A DNA stretch of 62,731 nt, the filler included, from Vermamoeba vermiformis (taxonomy: Eukaryota): NCBI GenBank assembly GCA_045837725.1. It is 5 parts of 5 records of this genome, joined end to end, with 100 filler letters (N's around TTAATTAATTAA, not from the genome) between each part and the next. Parts side by side here need not be neighbours in the genome. Positions count along the whole stretch, not along the records: positions 46,976 to 62,731 come from JBEWZL010000226.1; 4 more parts are not named here. One strand, given 5' to 3'. Shown here piece after piece: positions 62,572 through 62,731 of this stretch (position 1 is the first letter of the stretch; every line of letters starts with the position of its first letter). Made by a program: the position numbers and the translations under genes. The notes beneath the pieces are model-generated. The model saw only the letters and a program-made list of their open reading frames with translations. It did no database searches and was not told the origin of the DNA.

Positions 62572-62731
62572 AGGGTTAGGGTTAGGGTTAGGGTTAGGGT
62601 TAGGGTTAGGGTTAGGGTTAGGGTTAGGGTTAGGGTTAGGGTTAGGGTTAGGGTTAGGGTTAGGGTTAGGGTTAGGGTTAGGGTTAGGGTTAGGGTTAGG
62701 GTTAGGGTTAGGGTTAGGGTTAGGGTTAGGG
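62572..62731 (+). repeat. Telomere (TTAGGG)n
   Basis: Perfect TTAGGG array to the window end, preceded by degenerate variants. Confidence 0.98.

Overview
This is eukaryotic DNA, not prokaryotic. It is AT-rich, has many short GT(A/C)AGT...CTAAC...AG introns and (TTAGGG)n telomeres, and the gene content suggests a protist, possibly an amoebozoan (inference). The window is five unrelated contigs joined by artificial 100-nt spacers (N44-TTAATTAATTAA-N44) at 18587, 35577, 39558 and 46876, so neighbourhood arguments hold only within a contig. Contig 1 (1-18586) holds a piggyBac-like element whose spliced ORF fuses a USP deubiquitinase domain to the transposase, a MITE, a double-PhoD/EF-hand gene, a SPRY membrane protein, an M1 aminopeptidase with structured elements in one long intron, a PA-domain multi-pass protein and the end of a Patched-like gene. 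Contig 2 (18687-35576) is subtelomeric, with three GBP GTPases, two TM-SH3 proteins, a degenerate Hsp70-like gene, a 41-bp hairpin satellite and a telomere. Contig 3 has an orphan ORF plus a GC-rich Tim17-family gene and a PAK-CRIB fragment. Contig 4 is a young Ty3/Gypsy element inside an intron of an EGF-domain gene. Contig 5 is a telomere-terminated island with a palindromic minisatellite, a repeated hairpin/exon array, a small spliced orphan gene, a large protein with Rep_trans-like motifs, and kinase, MULE-like and F-box remnants. All gene models were spliced by eye and no database searches were run.
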